Assembly: GCA_036172245.1 (NCBI GenBank)
Contig: JAYWIR010000021.1
Span: 2,604,001-2,668,000 of the forward strand
From: Raillietiella orientalis
Lineage: Eukaryota
Length of the DNA stretch: 64,000 bases
Direction: 5' to 3'
Each line of letters starts with the position of its first letter. Position 1 is the stretch's first letter. Positions 39,453 through 52,060 of the stretch are shown here, in pieces. The notes beneath the pieces were generated by a model. It worked only from the letters and a program-made list of their open reading frames with translations. It was not told where the DNA came from and did no database searches. The position numbers were made by a program, and so were the translations under genes.

Positions 39453-41110
39453 CCCAGTCATGCTGGGACATTTGTTAAAAAAATAAGCATACATGTGTCG
39501 GTCTTAGATTGTCCGAAAATGCTCGGAACCCGCCGAGTAACCGGCACGCAGGCCGGCAAAGTTCGCCTCGGCAGCGGAGGGGGCAAACAAATATAAAAAT
39601 AAAACAAAAAAAAATATGTACAAAAAATTGGGAGGGTTAAGGAAGGGATCACCGGGTGCTAGTGGGCGTCCTCTGCATCCTTTCCAGGATGCCGACAAGT
39701 TCCACCCGAGTATGCCCTAGGTGGGGCCATCTAGCTGCCGTTCTCATGAAGCGCAGGGCGAAGCAGATGTCCCTATCGCGCCGCCCTCCTCTCGCGTAGC
39801 TCCAGGCCGCCACAATCCCACGTAGGCAGCAAAAAACTGCAAGGATGCGGCAGGCAAAAGGGCATCACGCACGAAGACGCGCTTCGTCATGTCCCTGGAA
39901 TTGTCCTTTGATGCTCCAAAGGTCGTTCCGTAACGCAAACACAGGGGCCGGAGGGCAACACAGTCTACAAGCAGGTGCGGGAGGATTCCTGTTCCCCGCA
40001 CCTGCAACGGTGTTTTTGAGGTGATCAAAACTTGCTGGGTTTACACTCTCTAACTCCAACGTAATTCCCTCGTTCCCATTGCTGGGTCCACAGACCCCCG
40101 GGTCTTGTAAGACTGGCGGGCGTTGCACGGGGGGCCCCAGTGCCACATCAGAAGTGTCGAGTGCGAACGGCGGGCGTTGCTGGGGAGTCCCCAGTGCAAC
40201 ACCAGGAACGCCGACTCGTGCCACTTCAGGGGGAGGGCCCGGGTAGTCTTCAGCACCGGGGGCCACTCGAGTACATCCATGGGGATGCTCAGCAGCTCGC
40301 CCCAGCGCAATAGTCCCTTTGGTGGGGCACTTGGGGTCTTAGCGTCTGTCAACTGGCCCGTGGTCCAACCACCTAATTCCTTCGCTCTTCCACATCGGAC
40401 ATTTGTCCGGCTGGTCAGTTTGTAGGGAATATCCCGGGAGGGAACCATCCCATGAATCCAGAAAGGCTCCGGAGGAAGGTGTCCGTTCTTCTTACTCTTG
40501 GGAGGGGAACCTGAAAGGGAACTCTCGCCCTTGGTCGTCTCCAAAGAAAGCCTCGAAGAAAGCCATCTCTTCCTCATTCTCTCGGGAGGGACCCCCTGAG
40601 GGGACTGCTCCTTGTTTCCTCCTACTCTGAGGAGAACTCTGAAGGGAAGCTTCCGAATTTTCTCGGGAGAGCGCCCCTCCGGAGAGAACAGCGCGCTTCT
40701 TTACGCTCTGGTGAGGAACCAGTCCACCAGCTCCATGGTGCGAGATGGAGGGTCTTCCCCCCCGAGAGGAATGAGGAAGGCTCCATTTGCACAACCGGAA
40801 AGGAACCCAGAAGGGAACCGACTCTTAGATTCTGGGAAGTACCCTGGAGGGTCAACTTCCAATCCCAGCCAGTCAACGGGGACATCTGGCTTTCGCCAGT
40901 GCCGACTCCGAAGTCAACCGAGGCCAATCGGCGTCCTCTTGCGGGAGTACTCGAAATCTATGACGCACCCATTTCTCAGGGGGTCGATCCTTTTCGGGCT
41001 GGGATTCGAACGCGCGATGTCCGGTGTAATGCTGCAGCGGCACTGCCTCCAACGCGGGCAAAATCAGCGTCTCGCCCATCACCGCGGCTCAGCGTGGTCG
41101 GGAATCTCTG
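39453..41110 (-). mobile_element. Tx1-like LINE 3' half
   Basis: WGELLSI..WPPV..LPLKWHESAFLVLHWGLP, RCRCGEQES/PHLLVDC, ELVGILERMQR*, UTR, hairpin CCCAG-CATGA-CTGGG. Confidence 0.8.
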
Positions 41111-41413
41111 GCTGGGGAAGCTACAGGTAAGCCTCTGAGAGAAGTGAAGGCGTCTTTGAACGAGACCCACGGGGCAACATGGGAGGGGAAGAGGGGAGGG
41201 TTAGTGCCCAAGGAAATGCACTCCCATCCCGGACCTAGTCTTCCTCGTTGAAAGCAAGCACGTGCTACGGTGTCTCCAGTCGCAATGGGTGCACTCCTTG
41301 GGCACTCTCCCGGCTGAGGCGTGGGCCGATCGTATCACGGAGCGGAGCACAGTATATCAGCAAGACGTTGGTCTGCCGGTGGCGGAGAGAGGAGGGGGGG
41401 AGATGTTTCTCCC

Positions 41414-42469
41414 GGTCACGCCAAGGCGCATATTTTAAAAATGAAAATGCTTATATGGTGGGACATGACGCTCGCCTTGGGGATCGAATGATCCTTCAGG
41501 GGCGCGTCGGCGAGGCCCGTAAACGCAACGGAGGGGAACAGGGGAAGAAGAAAAGAAACGAAAGGAAAACACACACGCGCGCGCAAAATGGCGAAGAACG
41601 ATTATCGCTGCGTCCCCTCGGCTTCGTTGCTAGCAGCGACGACGGCACGCGAGAAGCAGAGCGCTGCAATTGCGGCAGCAGGCGGCGCAATCGAAGCGCC
41701 CAAAGAGGGTCTTCCCAGCGGACGCCGGGGTTGTCCAGAGGGGACGGGAGGGGCCGTGGAAACGTCCGGAGGGCAACGCGATGCTAATCAGCAGGTGCGA
41801 AAAAGGTTCTACTTCCCTGGGCACAGTTCAGCGCGCGACACTTTCCCCGGTGCTGTGGTGCGGTCGTGCGCCTCCCGGGAGCGCCATTGCAGAACCAGCA
41901 GAGCCTGCTGCTGCCACCCGAGGGGGAGAAACGAGCTGCCCACCATCGGCGGAGAACCTCTAGCTCCTCAGGTGGAGTCTCGAGGAGTCTTCGGGGAAAT
42001 GAAGAAGTCCTTTCGGGGGGTCGTTGGTGCTGCTGCGTAGGGAGGTTGACGAGCTGCTCAGCCATTAAGAGATTTCTGTGACCAGAGATTTCGAAGCAGA
42101 TCTTCCGCCATGCCGGCAGGCAGGTGCCACGACGTCGCTGCGGCGAGGAGGGTGGCTGTAGAACTCGCCCACCGCCCACCGCCGTCACTGTTCTTCCGGC
42201 ATTTCTGAGGAGTTGCAGGCAGCTGTCTCCTTCAGACGCAGCCTGGGTGACCTCGGCCCACGTTCTCATTCTCCTGCCTCCAGGCGCCATTGTTCGTGTG
42301 GAGGTGGGAGATCCACGGGAGGTTTTCTGGATTGGGAAGCGGCTACAGCTTCGGTGACTGAGAGAAAACAGGGTTGCCAGTCCATCTCAGGGGAGGGATT
42401 GCCCGAGGAGTAGGCATGCTGAGGCGCGCCAGTAGGTGGAACATCAAGGGCAGTCACTTAAACTGGAAT
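41414..42469. repeat. 1,056-bp direct repeat, copy 2 (Tx1-like 3' end, minus strand)
   Basis: Matches 26732-27787; the flanks differ. Confidence 0.97.
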
Positions 42470-44000
42470 GGTGCCGCTGCAATGCAATATCGATCTGCTT
42501 ATGACGGAGAAGAAATATGGAACCGTCCCATCTTCCCTCTCCCCTCACCAGAGCAGAAGAAAGCTGGAATTCCGGGATCTCGAGCTTTCCACGAGAGATT
42601 CAGGGAAGCTGCACCCACTTACGTAGACCTCCTTAGCCAGATCTTTTGGCGCGGCTTCGCTCGCCAGCCGAGGGAGAGTAACCGGGAGGTGGGTAACCCT
42701 CTGTGCTGCAATGATTCCTGTGGAAGTCAATTCCCCACGACAGGTGTTTATTTATTCCTCGTGCGCAAAACTTCCCGGCGGAAGAATCCCTTAGGTCGTG
42801 TGGTTGTCGCAGCTCTGTGGAGTCCAAAATGCCACTGCATCTCTCCAGGAAGCCGCCCAAAGGTTCCCGTGGCATCCCCTTTCGTCTTCCTCCAGCGAAA
42901 AGAGCAGGAAGTGCTGAGGAGACCACCCTTCCGGAGTCAAGTAGAGTGTTCCTCCATCTTCCTCTTCCGGTGTCCCTTCCTGCCATGTGGTAACCACTCA
43001 GTTACCTGTTTCCCTATTCTTCTGTCTCGGGACAGCCCTGTCCCCTGCCACTCCGCGCCGTCCCAGAATCCCATTCGGAAGTTTCCGCCTATTCGGGATG
43101 CGTCCCTCATCGAAAGAAAGGGAAAAATGCGATCCCGATTGATGCGAGTGGTCAGAGGTTCTTCTCGACAACCTCTTGCTTTTTCGGAGGTCGAATATCC
43201 ACATCCTGTATGGAAAGGGAAGCTCGGACGCTTCTCATTCCTGCCCATTTCCTCGACTCCAGGGTGATGTAGGCTGTCCAAAAGAAGAGGACGCCGACCC
43301 ATTCTTATTCTATTCGGAGATCTGCTCGCATCCACTGGAAACCTCTCAGCTAGGGCGAGACGAGACAGCCATGGGGCTTGCCTGGTTCCTTCGGACGGAG
43401 CGAGTCAGGAAATGAGACCGTCTCATGGGGATGGTCGCTCCAAGCTGGTCATTCTCTCTCCTCCTGCTCCCGGTTCCCCTCAGACTTCCCGGCCATCCCG
43501 TCGGCGCCACCTGGTTCCTTCCCGAGGCGGACACCAACAGCCTCAGTGACAAAGTTGACTGCTCCTCCCCTCGGCGCCCCTCTAGGGCTAGGGATCACTC
43601 CCGAAATCCCTTTTATCCGGGTGGTTCTGCGTCCCCTCTTTTTTTTGCCGCGCTTTTTCATACGTGCCTCCTTCTGTCCTGGTCATCCAGCTTCTGAAAG
43701 TGGAAGTTCTTTCCTCCCAGGAAAACTCGCTTCTGGAAGGGAGATCGAGGAGGGAGATTCTTGGGGAGCGAAAGGTCGCACCCGACAATGGAGTTTTCTG
43801 GAGCTTTCTTCGTTCGTCAGCTTTCGCTTTGTTGCTCGAATGCCTTAGGGCCTGGGATCGGGGACCCGACTCTGAGGTCTCCTCCCTCAGGATCTGGAAC
43901 TAGTCAGCAAGGCGCTCGGCAGCGCAAGAAAGGACCAGGAATTCCGGGAAGACAACTCCGCGCATACCTCCGTCCTTCCCCTTCTTCACTCCTCCTGGCT
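42470..44000 (-). mobile_element. Probable LINE APE and linker relic
   Basis: RGGAV, SDH and EDGTVPYFF (ExxTxYFF) remnants; heavily decayed. Confidence 0.35.
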
Positions 44001-45019
44001 CCCTTTACACTCACTACCCCTTTTCCCTTTCCCTCCGGCCACTGGGAAGAGAGATACAAACCCTCGAGTTTTCACCTTGGCTGGAATCCTTGAGAGGAGA
44101 AGGATGTAGGGCATTCCAGAAGGGCAAAGAAGACTGAAACCGCTGGCGTCATCTGCTGGCGCCAAGAGAAACAAAGTGGAGGATTTGGGTCTCGGAACTC
44201 TCCCACCACTCGAGATGGGAAGACATGGGGGAGGGAGGGGATGAAAGAGATGAAAGGGAACCTCAGAGCCTCAGTCAACCCGCGGCAACTGAGGCATTTT
44301 TTCGGGAAACGCCTCGGGTGAAGAAACGCGGCGTCACAACTCTGTGCACAGCGGAGGCAGCAGCAGCATCGGGAAACGCCTCTGGGACCACCAAGCGCTC
44401 GAGCCAGGGCTGGGGAAAGGAGTCATCCAAGGGTCATCCGCATCCTTCCGACGCTCGGGAACCGCGATGCTCTCGAACCCCGCAAAAGAGCGCCTGCCAC
44501 GAGAGAGAGCAGCAGGACGAACATCGAAGAGACAAGCGGCGGCACCTCCCCGCGGCGCCCCGTCGGCTGCTCGCCGCCTAGCCCGCTCCCTCCTGGAGAG
44601 TCGTCTCTTCCCGCAGCACCGGCCGCCCGCAATTCTCGGCTTTTTTTTTTTTTTGGCGCTCCTCCATCCCCTCCTCCTTCCTTTCCACCGAGGCTGCTCT
44701 CGCCCGAGTCGGGAACGCCTGCGCGGCCACCGTTTTCCCGAAGAAGGGGGAAGGAAGGAGGGGGGGGGACAAGCCAGCAAGCGGGGGGCGCGGGAGATAC
44801 GAGCCGAGGGCGCGACCTTACAGGCAACTTCCGCCTGAGAGCCTCGAGGCTCACTTTAGATCCTCCTCCCGGCCGATTCGATGCGTCAGCCGAGGGACTG
44901 CCCACTTCGACTGACCCTTCCAACCGTCCGGGAGCTGCGCACTCCCCAAGAAAGCTCAGCTGAATGCTGCAGTTGCCGGGGCTCTGCAAAAGAGATTTTC
45001 TTTACTTCTTAGGGATCCA

Positions 45020-45200
45020 AATAATTGCTGTGATGCTGGTCATGGTGATTACGATAACGATGAAAATTGCGATGATGACTGGCAGTCCACTGCTGCAGCA
45101 ATTACTATTACCGTGATGGTGGTGATAATATCAGTAATCCTAATGAGTACGACCGGGATGGTAACAGTCATTAACGACGATGATGATACTAATAACAGTT
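45020..45200. repeat. Degenerate (ATG/GAT)n low-complexity tract
   Basis: Recurrent GAT/GGT/AAT triplets. Confidence 0.7.
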
Positions 45201-45299
45201 GCATGGCTTGCGCTTCGAGAGCTTTCCCAATCACTAAAAGACCCTCAGGATGATGTCTTAATCTCCGATCCACTACGGCACGTCAAAAGACGGAGGCAC

Positions 45300-47400
45300 G
45301 CGCGCGCAGGGATGGGTGCACGACAAACGTGCAAGCAGCGCCCGCTGCATGGGCGGATGGTGCGGCGGAAGATGGAGAAGACATGCGAAAGCAACACGTG
45401 AAGGAAGGAAGGGAAAAGCAGGCGACTGTGTGAAGCTCCATGCAGCCACGCAAGAATCCACTCTGTCATGGCAAGGGCCACTGAAGCGGACGAATTCTGA
45501 AGACCAAGGGAAGAGAGCAGTGGGCAGACGCAGGAGGCGAGGTTCGGTTGATTCTGAGAAAGGAGGCGAAAACTCTGGGATGCAGGGGTCCCTGGCAGAG
45601 AGAAAGAAGCTGCTGCAATGGCCACGTGGGGTGGAGGGAGAATTTTCTGCACGTGTGCCGACTACACTACGAGAATGTGAACGACCGAGCAAGCTAACCT
45701 GTTGCGAAAAGGGTCAAACCAAAGTTTTCGATGCGCAAAATGGAAGGCAGAACCCCTAAAGCACCCGCCCCATCAATCAGCTCATCCCTTTCAGAAGAAA
45801 AGGCAGGAAGCACAGCTTTGCGAAACATGCCTGGGAGGGGTCGCACCCTTTGAGCGTTCGAGAATGGCGTCGGAGCCCTAAAGGCACGAGGACCAGGAGC
45901 ACGGATCAATAATCCAGAGGATATTGCATCGGCATTCGGCATTTGATGCCGAGAGTGAGAGGCGAGGGTCCAGGACGTCGGTCGGAGCGAAGCCGACTCG
46001 TTTGGTGGCCGCAGAACGAAGTGCCACCGAAGAAGAATTATCTGCATGCAGTGAGAGGTGTTCCACCGCAGAGCTTCAGGAGCTCTCGGTTGCGAGCTGA
46101 GAGACCCATGAGGCTTCAAGGAACTCTTCCCACAGACGTGTGGAAGATGGACATTTGGTGACTCTCAGCCTTTACTGTGATGGGAGGCTGACGTGGCTGT
46201 TTCCAACGAGTGCAAGGAAAACTGGGTGTACTGCAACCCTGATATACGGAATCAACAGGACTTCCTATCTTGCCGACCGGCCACCCAAATATCTGCTTTC
46301 CGGGAGCAGGGAGAACGAGATGCGTCTATCGTGGGCCCTCAAGTTGCAGCTTTGACTGAACTGGACGTGCAGATGCAGAAGAACTGTTCCTTTCGGCCTG
46401 TTCGGTCCATTGCAAACACTGGGAGAGTGAAGGTCATACCAGGCACTTGTCCTCATAGTGCACCCCATGGGTAAGCAATATAGCTCCAATGAGCTCCTTG
46501 AAGTTCCTTCCAAACCAAGCCCCAAACCTTGAAGTTCTCCATCCAGACCAACTTGAGGATCTTGTCCAGGATCGAAAGCTACAATGCGCTGCTCTCCATA
46601 CAGCCTCTAAAGCCAAGTTTTTCAAGTTTTCCATCACTTCAGTGCAATTTTGCTAAGGCGATAGTGGATCAGAATGGACCTTAAAGTGGGGAAGTCAGGG
46701 TTAATCTACAAGCTGTGTGGCTTCCACGTGTGCTTTGACACTTCCTCATTCTTTTACTCAATGGCAGTTTGCCTCGTTCTCTAGGGCCACTCGGTAGTTT
46801 ATGTCCCATGTGCCTTCCCCATTGGTGACATTTTAGGGGTGCTCCGTTTGCCGAAGTCGTTTCCTTTAAAAATTCAGCTCCAGATCTCATTTCGAGATGC
46901 CATGGGTAGCAGTCCGAGCCAAAGATGACGTCTGAAAGCGCTCCTCGTAGAGACAGGAGGAGCTGTCATCCAGTCCCCAAAGGCTGAAGAGGGAGCGGGC
47001 GTGGAACGAGTCAGAAAAGGGGGTAGACCAATCTGGATGGCAAGTGACGCTGCAGCCTCCAGTCTTCAGCTTGGATACCTGACCATGTGCAACGTATTGG
47101 TACTTTTTTTGGTATGAAAGATCCCTGAGGAATTTACTTACAATGGAAGGTCCCGACAGCCGGGCATCCGTGGTATCGAAGAGAGAATGCAAGGTATTCT
47201 TGTACTGTACGGCAATGCAAGACCGCGCATCGGTTCGTGGACGGAGAAAGCTGCCTCGGCTCTCCGAATGAACCCTCGTCAAGCCGGATTCAGCGTCTGT
47301 AACTTTTTGGGTTGAAAGAAGGAAACCTGGAAACTTCTCTTCCCTGTTGTCCCAGAAAAGAGCAAAAGACCTGTTCACTTCCGGCAAGTTGTATGCAGTC
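45300..47400. mobile_element. ISL2EU-type relic B: THAP-HTH-DDE (+, ~45480-46450) converging on SWIM-YqaJ (-, ~47390-46450)
   Basis: Plus strand: REQWADA..HVCRLHY (THAP), PGRGRTL..EDIASAFGI (HTH), LVWWP, AERPMRL, DGRLT/AVS, QDFL, LTELDV..TGRVK (DDE). Minus strand: NLPEV, KYQYVAHGQV, QWGR, INPDFPTL, HCSFRSWT (CDFVVWT). Confidence 0.7.
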
Positions 47401-48149
47401 TTTTCCTTCTTCCAGTCAAGAAATCTGCTGAAGCTCTAAATCTATCAGGACTGCTCTTGTGCGTTCCTGCAACTCTTCTGAGAGCAAAATTTCACAGAAA
47501 CTTTCTCTAAGAAGAAAAAAGTTCTAAAAACTACTTGTTTGTAATTTCAAAAGCCATCATTTGACTCCTCTAGAAGATTTTTGGATTTTCTTAAAGAATT
47601 CGTGCTTGCTTTTGAAGAACAGCCTTATTAAGTGCGAGCGAATTCCCCGTTGCACCTTGATAAGACCTGAAAGAATATGTGCCATCATCACCTCCTCTTC
47701 ATTTTACTCAAAAATGTGAAAGGACAGATCACTCATGCACAAGGTGACTCAACATTTTAGCTGTTTGAAGCACTCCCTTGAAGCACGACTGCGCATCCCA
47801 CGTCTTCTGCTATGTATCAGTGCTCCGATCGCCCAGTGTCTTCATTATCCTAGTCTCATCGCCTACTTAATTTAAAAGACGTAGAGGAAGGCAAGACTGA
47901 AAACCAATAACGGGAAGATAAAGATGTGCTATTGCCACCACGCCCATTTTCCTCTGATCCTTATCTTTCAAGACAGTGGAAACAGAAGCACGACAGAATT
48001 CCATCATGGGTATCAGCTCTAACGGAAAATCACAGCGTGCAGCCTAACCTAGAAGATCAAAAAAGCCGTCTGCCAAACGGGAAGCTCCGTGAGAGAAGAG
48101 GAAGGTGCAAAATACGAGCAGGACCCCCTGGTTACGATACGCTTCTTTT

Positions 48150-48950
48150 TTTCTTGTGTGTGTGTTTGGATTCAAGAGACAAAATGCAGATTCATTCTTT
48201 AGCCACACGAAATGGAAGCGAAATGCTGCAATCAAACAGAGAGATCGAAGCTTCAGTAACTGCTTCTTCTCTTTGCTGCATAACTTTTTCCAACAGTTCT
48301 TTTAGGATACCATCTTGTGTTTTTCTTACTCAGTGTTGAAAAGCGCCCTATTTCGCTTTGCAATGCTCGTATCTGCAGCCACAGATCGTGCAAGAATTCA
48401 GCAAAAGGCTGTTTGCTGCCGTCGAACTCGAACGGCGAACTGGAGGTTGCAGCTGAACACCCTCCCTTACCTTCTTTCGCGCCTTTGGCACCGTCTGCAT
48501 CTCGAAATTCGCAAAGAGTTTTGGAGCGAGCTCTGGCTCTGTGGTTTTGACTCTGTAAACTAGCAGTTGCTCGTCAAATTGAGGTGCCACTCGGGATTTG
48601 GATTCTGTTGACTTGTGCTTTTCTCTGAAGGCCCCGCCTAATTCTTTTTCAGGGTCCCTTCTCCTAGAACAGAGCTCCTCGAGTTGGCTGCATTCAGCAT
48701 CTGGAATGAGAATGAATCAGGCTCCTCAAGAAAAATGATCTTCTTCGGTGAAACGATGGAAGATAGAAGACTTGGCAATGGGTCTCGATTTCACGGAAAA
48801 ATCACCACCAACGACTTCGAAGATGCATATGCAAGCGTTTTATCTCAGCCCGATCATGAAAAGGAGGACAGAAGAGGTGCATTTGCAAATATGCTTCTTG
48901 CGACAAAGCAGCTCCATTTGCAACGTACTCCACTCCTTAGTCTTCTAAGA
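48150..48950 (+). mobile_element. P-element/THAP9-like transposase relic
   Basis: THAP remnants (VCVFG..SFF..KW..AIKQRD; NARICSH) followed by RWKIEDLAMGLDFTEKSP (WxxEDIxxAxxLxxxSP of P transposases). Confidence 0.5.
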
Positions 48951-49639
48951 CCTGGGCTCTTCTAGACTCACCCGCTCACTTGGCAGACTCCCGAGGGCTT
49001 CCTGTTGTTGGGTTCCCACAGGTTGCATAGTTTCAATGTTGCATCGTCAACGCGTCCACAGCTGCGAAGAGGACATAAGTGGGCACAGACGAGGGTTGCA
49101 TGAAGCAAGAATTCCACTCGATCGTCCTCCTGAGCTTATTGTGGGCTATCTTCCTCCTGCCTTGGAGGCCTTCTGAGTCGTTCTTATTTCATTTCGTGCA
49201 GAGAACTCAAGCGCAAAGAGAACCTCAGGATTGTCCAGCGGTGCAATGAAGGTGCCTCGGATGCAGATGGCTGCCACGACGACGGCGAGGGGACCGCCTC
49301 GCCAGGAGTTATATAAACCGCGTACTGGAAATCTAAAATGGTACAAGCCGATGTGGGAAATCGATCTAAAGTGTTGAACCCAATGCGAGAGCTTGCTATA
49401 CCAAGTGAGTACCAGCCCGATGAGGACGAGGACGGAAGTTCTGTGGAAGCTGTCCCACAATCTTACGTACATGGAACAACATGGAAAGAACATGGTGATG
49501 AAGACGGCGAAGACCGCAAAGATTCTACCCCCTTCATTCCTGTAATCCCTTCTTTGACTCAATAACCAGAATTCAAGTGCGACCAGTACCATTCCAAATG
49601 AGGACAATCAAGGACAATGCAATCCGAGCCGTTCACCTC

Positions 49640-50880
49640 ACCGCAGGGCAGAGCAGTTATGGATTTCGTGAAATCAACCAATCAATCATGCATTTGGAAA
49701 ATGGGCTTTCCGGCTAGGTCGGCTGCGACGGGCTGCAAGAGGCACTCGTCGAACAGGTGTTACCATTAACTACCGGACACTCAAGGGATTCCATCAGGAA
49801 GCGGAGACAAGCGTACATCCTAATGATGGTGAGTTTCAAGACTTCTAGAAGAGCGACTGGGAACACTTTGCCCAGCATTGCGAATTACGCAAAAATGAAA
49901 GGCAGCTGTACCAGATTTCGGAAGAACATCCTCCAAGGTAAAGCCTCGCGGGAATGCCTTCTCCTCCTCCCATCCACCCCCATCCATCTAGATGAATGGT
50001 CGCCGTGTGTGCAAGCCGCATGCCAGCATAAGACAGACATCTGCAGCACGTCAGGTCGTTTGGACATAGGGTAGCCTCGTTGCCCATAGGTTATATGCAA
50101 CGAATGCGGCAGAGAAGGTTATATGGGCCTCCGCACGTCCCAATCCTCGAGTGTAATAACTTGCGTAAGCAGTGCAGAGGCATGAAGCTTGCAAGTAACT
50201 GCAGGGATAATCACTTTGCCAAACGCCCAAGAAGGGCCTCCAACCTCGAATGAAACCTCCAAAGCTATGAGTATGGAATGAATCGAAAGAGAGGACGCAA
50301 TGCTGAGGAGTTGACACCGACCCGCTGGCAGGGAGACAAAAAGGGAGGTGCAGGGATACCGCGAGAGGAGGCTCGGGAAGAAACTCTTCCCGATGCTGCT
50401 GAATCGCGAAGCAGGAGTATATTTACATGAGAAAGAGGATCGTCAGACTTCGAACAAGAAAGACCGGTCAGACTCTGGAGACAAGGCGCACCAACGGATA
50501 TATGGAAAAATGTACTTTCCAGCAAGACACGTCAGCAGGTGCCGGACATGTTTTGGAAGAGCATCTTTTGAATCAATTTATTTCCGATTTCGTATCTCCC
50601 TTCATCAACCCATCTCTGCGCATTCAATTACTACAGTATGTTGAGGAGTGGGTAATTAAATACGTTCCTAAGTGACATTGTAAATTATTAGAGTTGCTTG
50701 CACCAACGGCGATTTGGGTTCTCAGGGAAAACGCGTCCAGGAATTTCTGAATGGAAACCGGATAAATGCAGCAATTTTTGCAACAGAGATCTCTTCGGGA
50801 GAGCGGTTTCAGTGGTCCGTTTCTGGGAAGCAGTTGGGAATGCAAAAATAATCGTAGAAGCAAAAGTTGTCACTGCGCGA
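49640..50880 (+). mobile_element. Tx1/L1-clade LINE 5' part: ORF1 with three zinc knuckles and APE start
   Basis: MNGRRV..RQT, then (C)RSFGHRVA/RCP*VICNECGREG..PNPR/CNN..H; ORF2 start IIRVACTN.DLGSQGKRVQEFLNGNRIN. Confidence 0.7.
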
Positions 50881-51329
50881 TGATCTACGCAGAGCTGGTT
50901 TCTAAGCAACACTTAGGCACGATTACTGCTCTCCGTATCACGTTCTCTGATTTAAGAAAACGATTCGATAATATAACTCAGAACGAAAGTGGTGAACAGC
51001 TGCCACGCACGATCTGCGGAGTCCCCTGCAGGTCCATCCTCCCAGCGGCTCATCCAACCTTTGGTGCGTGCTTTTTGGCTTCCCACGCTAATGCATACTG
51101 GTCTGCCGTTCGTTTCCAGGAAACGGACCTCGGTCCGAAACGCACGGAGCGACTTTTCTAACCTTGCTAATCCAAACGAAAGTTCCGGTGATGAAGAAAG
51201 GAAGTGGCACCTGGAGTTAATCCAGATTAATGGCAGTCGATAGCAGTTCATCGGAGTTTCCAGAGCCCCTCTTGTAAAAGTCCCCCAGGTCGAAGGCTAA
51301 AGGCAGAGTCTGCCGACTACGGCGAGCAG

Positions 51330-52060
51330 TTCGCTGGAGGTCATCAGTATTACTGAAAACGAGTGTCATTTCTGTCCTCTTTTGCTCGGATGCGCGAACG
51401 CGGCATGTTGCCAAATGTTTTATGATCATCTTCAGTAAATCCATCATCCGCTTCCTCGACCCAGGAACTGCCAGCAGGAATGTCAAGAGACTGCTGAGGT
51501 ACCACCGCGATATCTCGAAAATAAGTTGTCCCATCCTGGCTGCAGCTGATGAGATCTTCGAAGGATGCCCTGAGAGTTCTGTGCAGATCAGTTTCCATGA
51601 TCTGTGAATTCACGTTCAGCCAAAGAGATGAAATCATGTTTCCTCCAAGGTAGGGTAACAGACTCGGTCATATTGTATCGGAAGCCTGTTTCGGAACAGC
51701 CTCCCAGCCAATGGAAAGCTCTCATCCGTCTTTCTGGTCTCAAGAGAGAGAATTTGCCGCACGGCAGTTTCGACTCGGCAGTTCCACAGCTCTGCGGAAG
51801 TCTGCAACCCCTCTTTATCTGCTAGATTTTGGCTCTGAAAAGATTTCAGCCTCGTTTTCTTTCTTTCTTCCTTCCTTTCGAAATGCACCACGTGGCGCGC
51901 ATTTGCGGTTCTGGGATTCTGCACACCATTTCCTCCTGGACTCCGGAGAAAATCCTCTTTTTTCCTTAAGGTTTTTCTCTTCGGTTTGAATGCAGTGCAC
52001 TCTTTTAGGTTCTACTTTTGGCAGTGAGCCTTCACTCTTCTGAGCTGAATGCCAATGGAA
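51330..52060 (-). mobile_element. HTH-DDE_Tnp_4 transposase relic
   Basis: RIFSGV, QNLADKEGL (HTH), LISCSQDG/QLIFEISRWY, EADDGF (ADRGF), KHLATCRV (RxIAxxRI). Possible YqaJ partner remnants on the plus strand at ~50900-51330 (HPTFGA, QVEG). Confidence 0.65.

Noticed and set aside
26732..42469. The two 1,056-bp repeats as LTRs of a 15.7-kb retrotransposon
   Set aside because: No TG...CA ends, primer-binding site or target duplication; the repeat is itself LINE ORF2/3'UTR sequence, and the interior is a mosaic of fragments in both orientations.
45700..45930. Penelope GIY-YIG-like reading (GQT...SFAKHAWEGSH)
   Set aside because: Another frame gives GRGRTL..EDIASAFGI followed by ordered DDE motifs and an adjacent YqaJ, which explains the region better.
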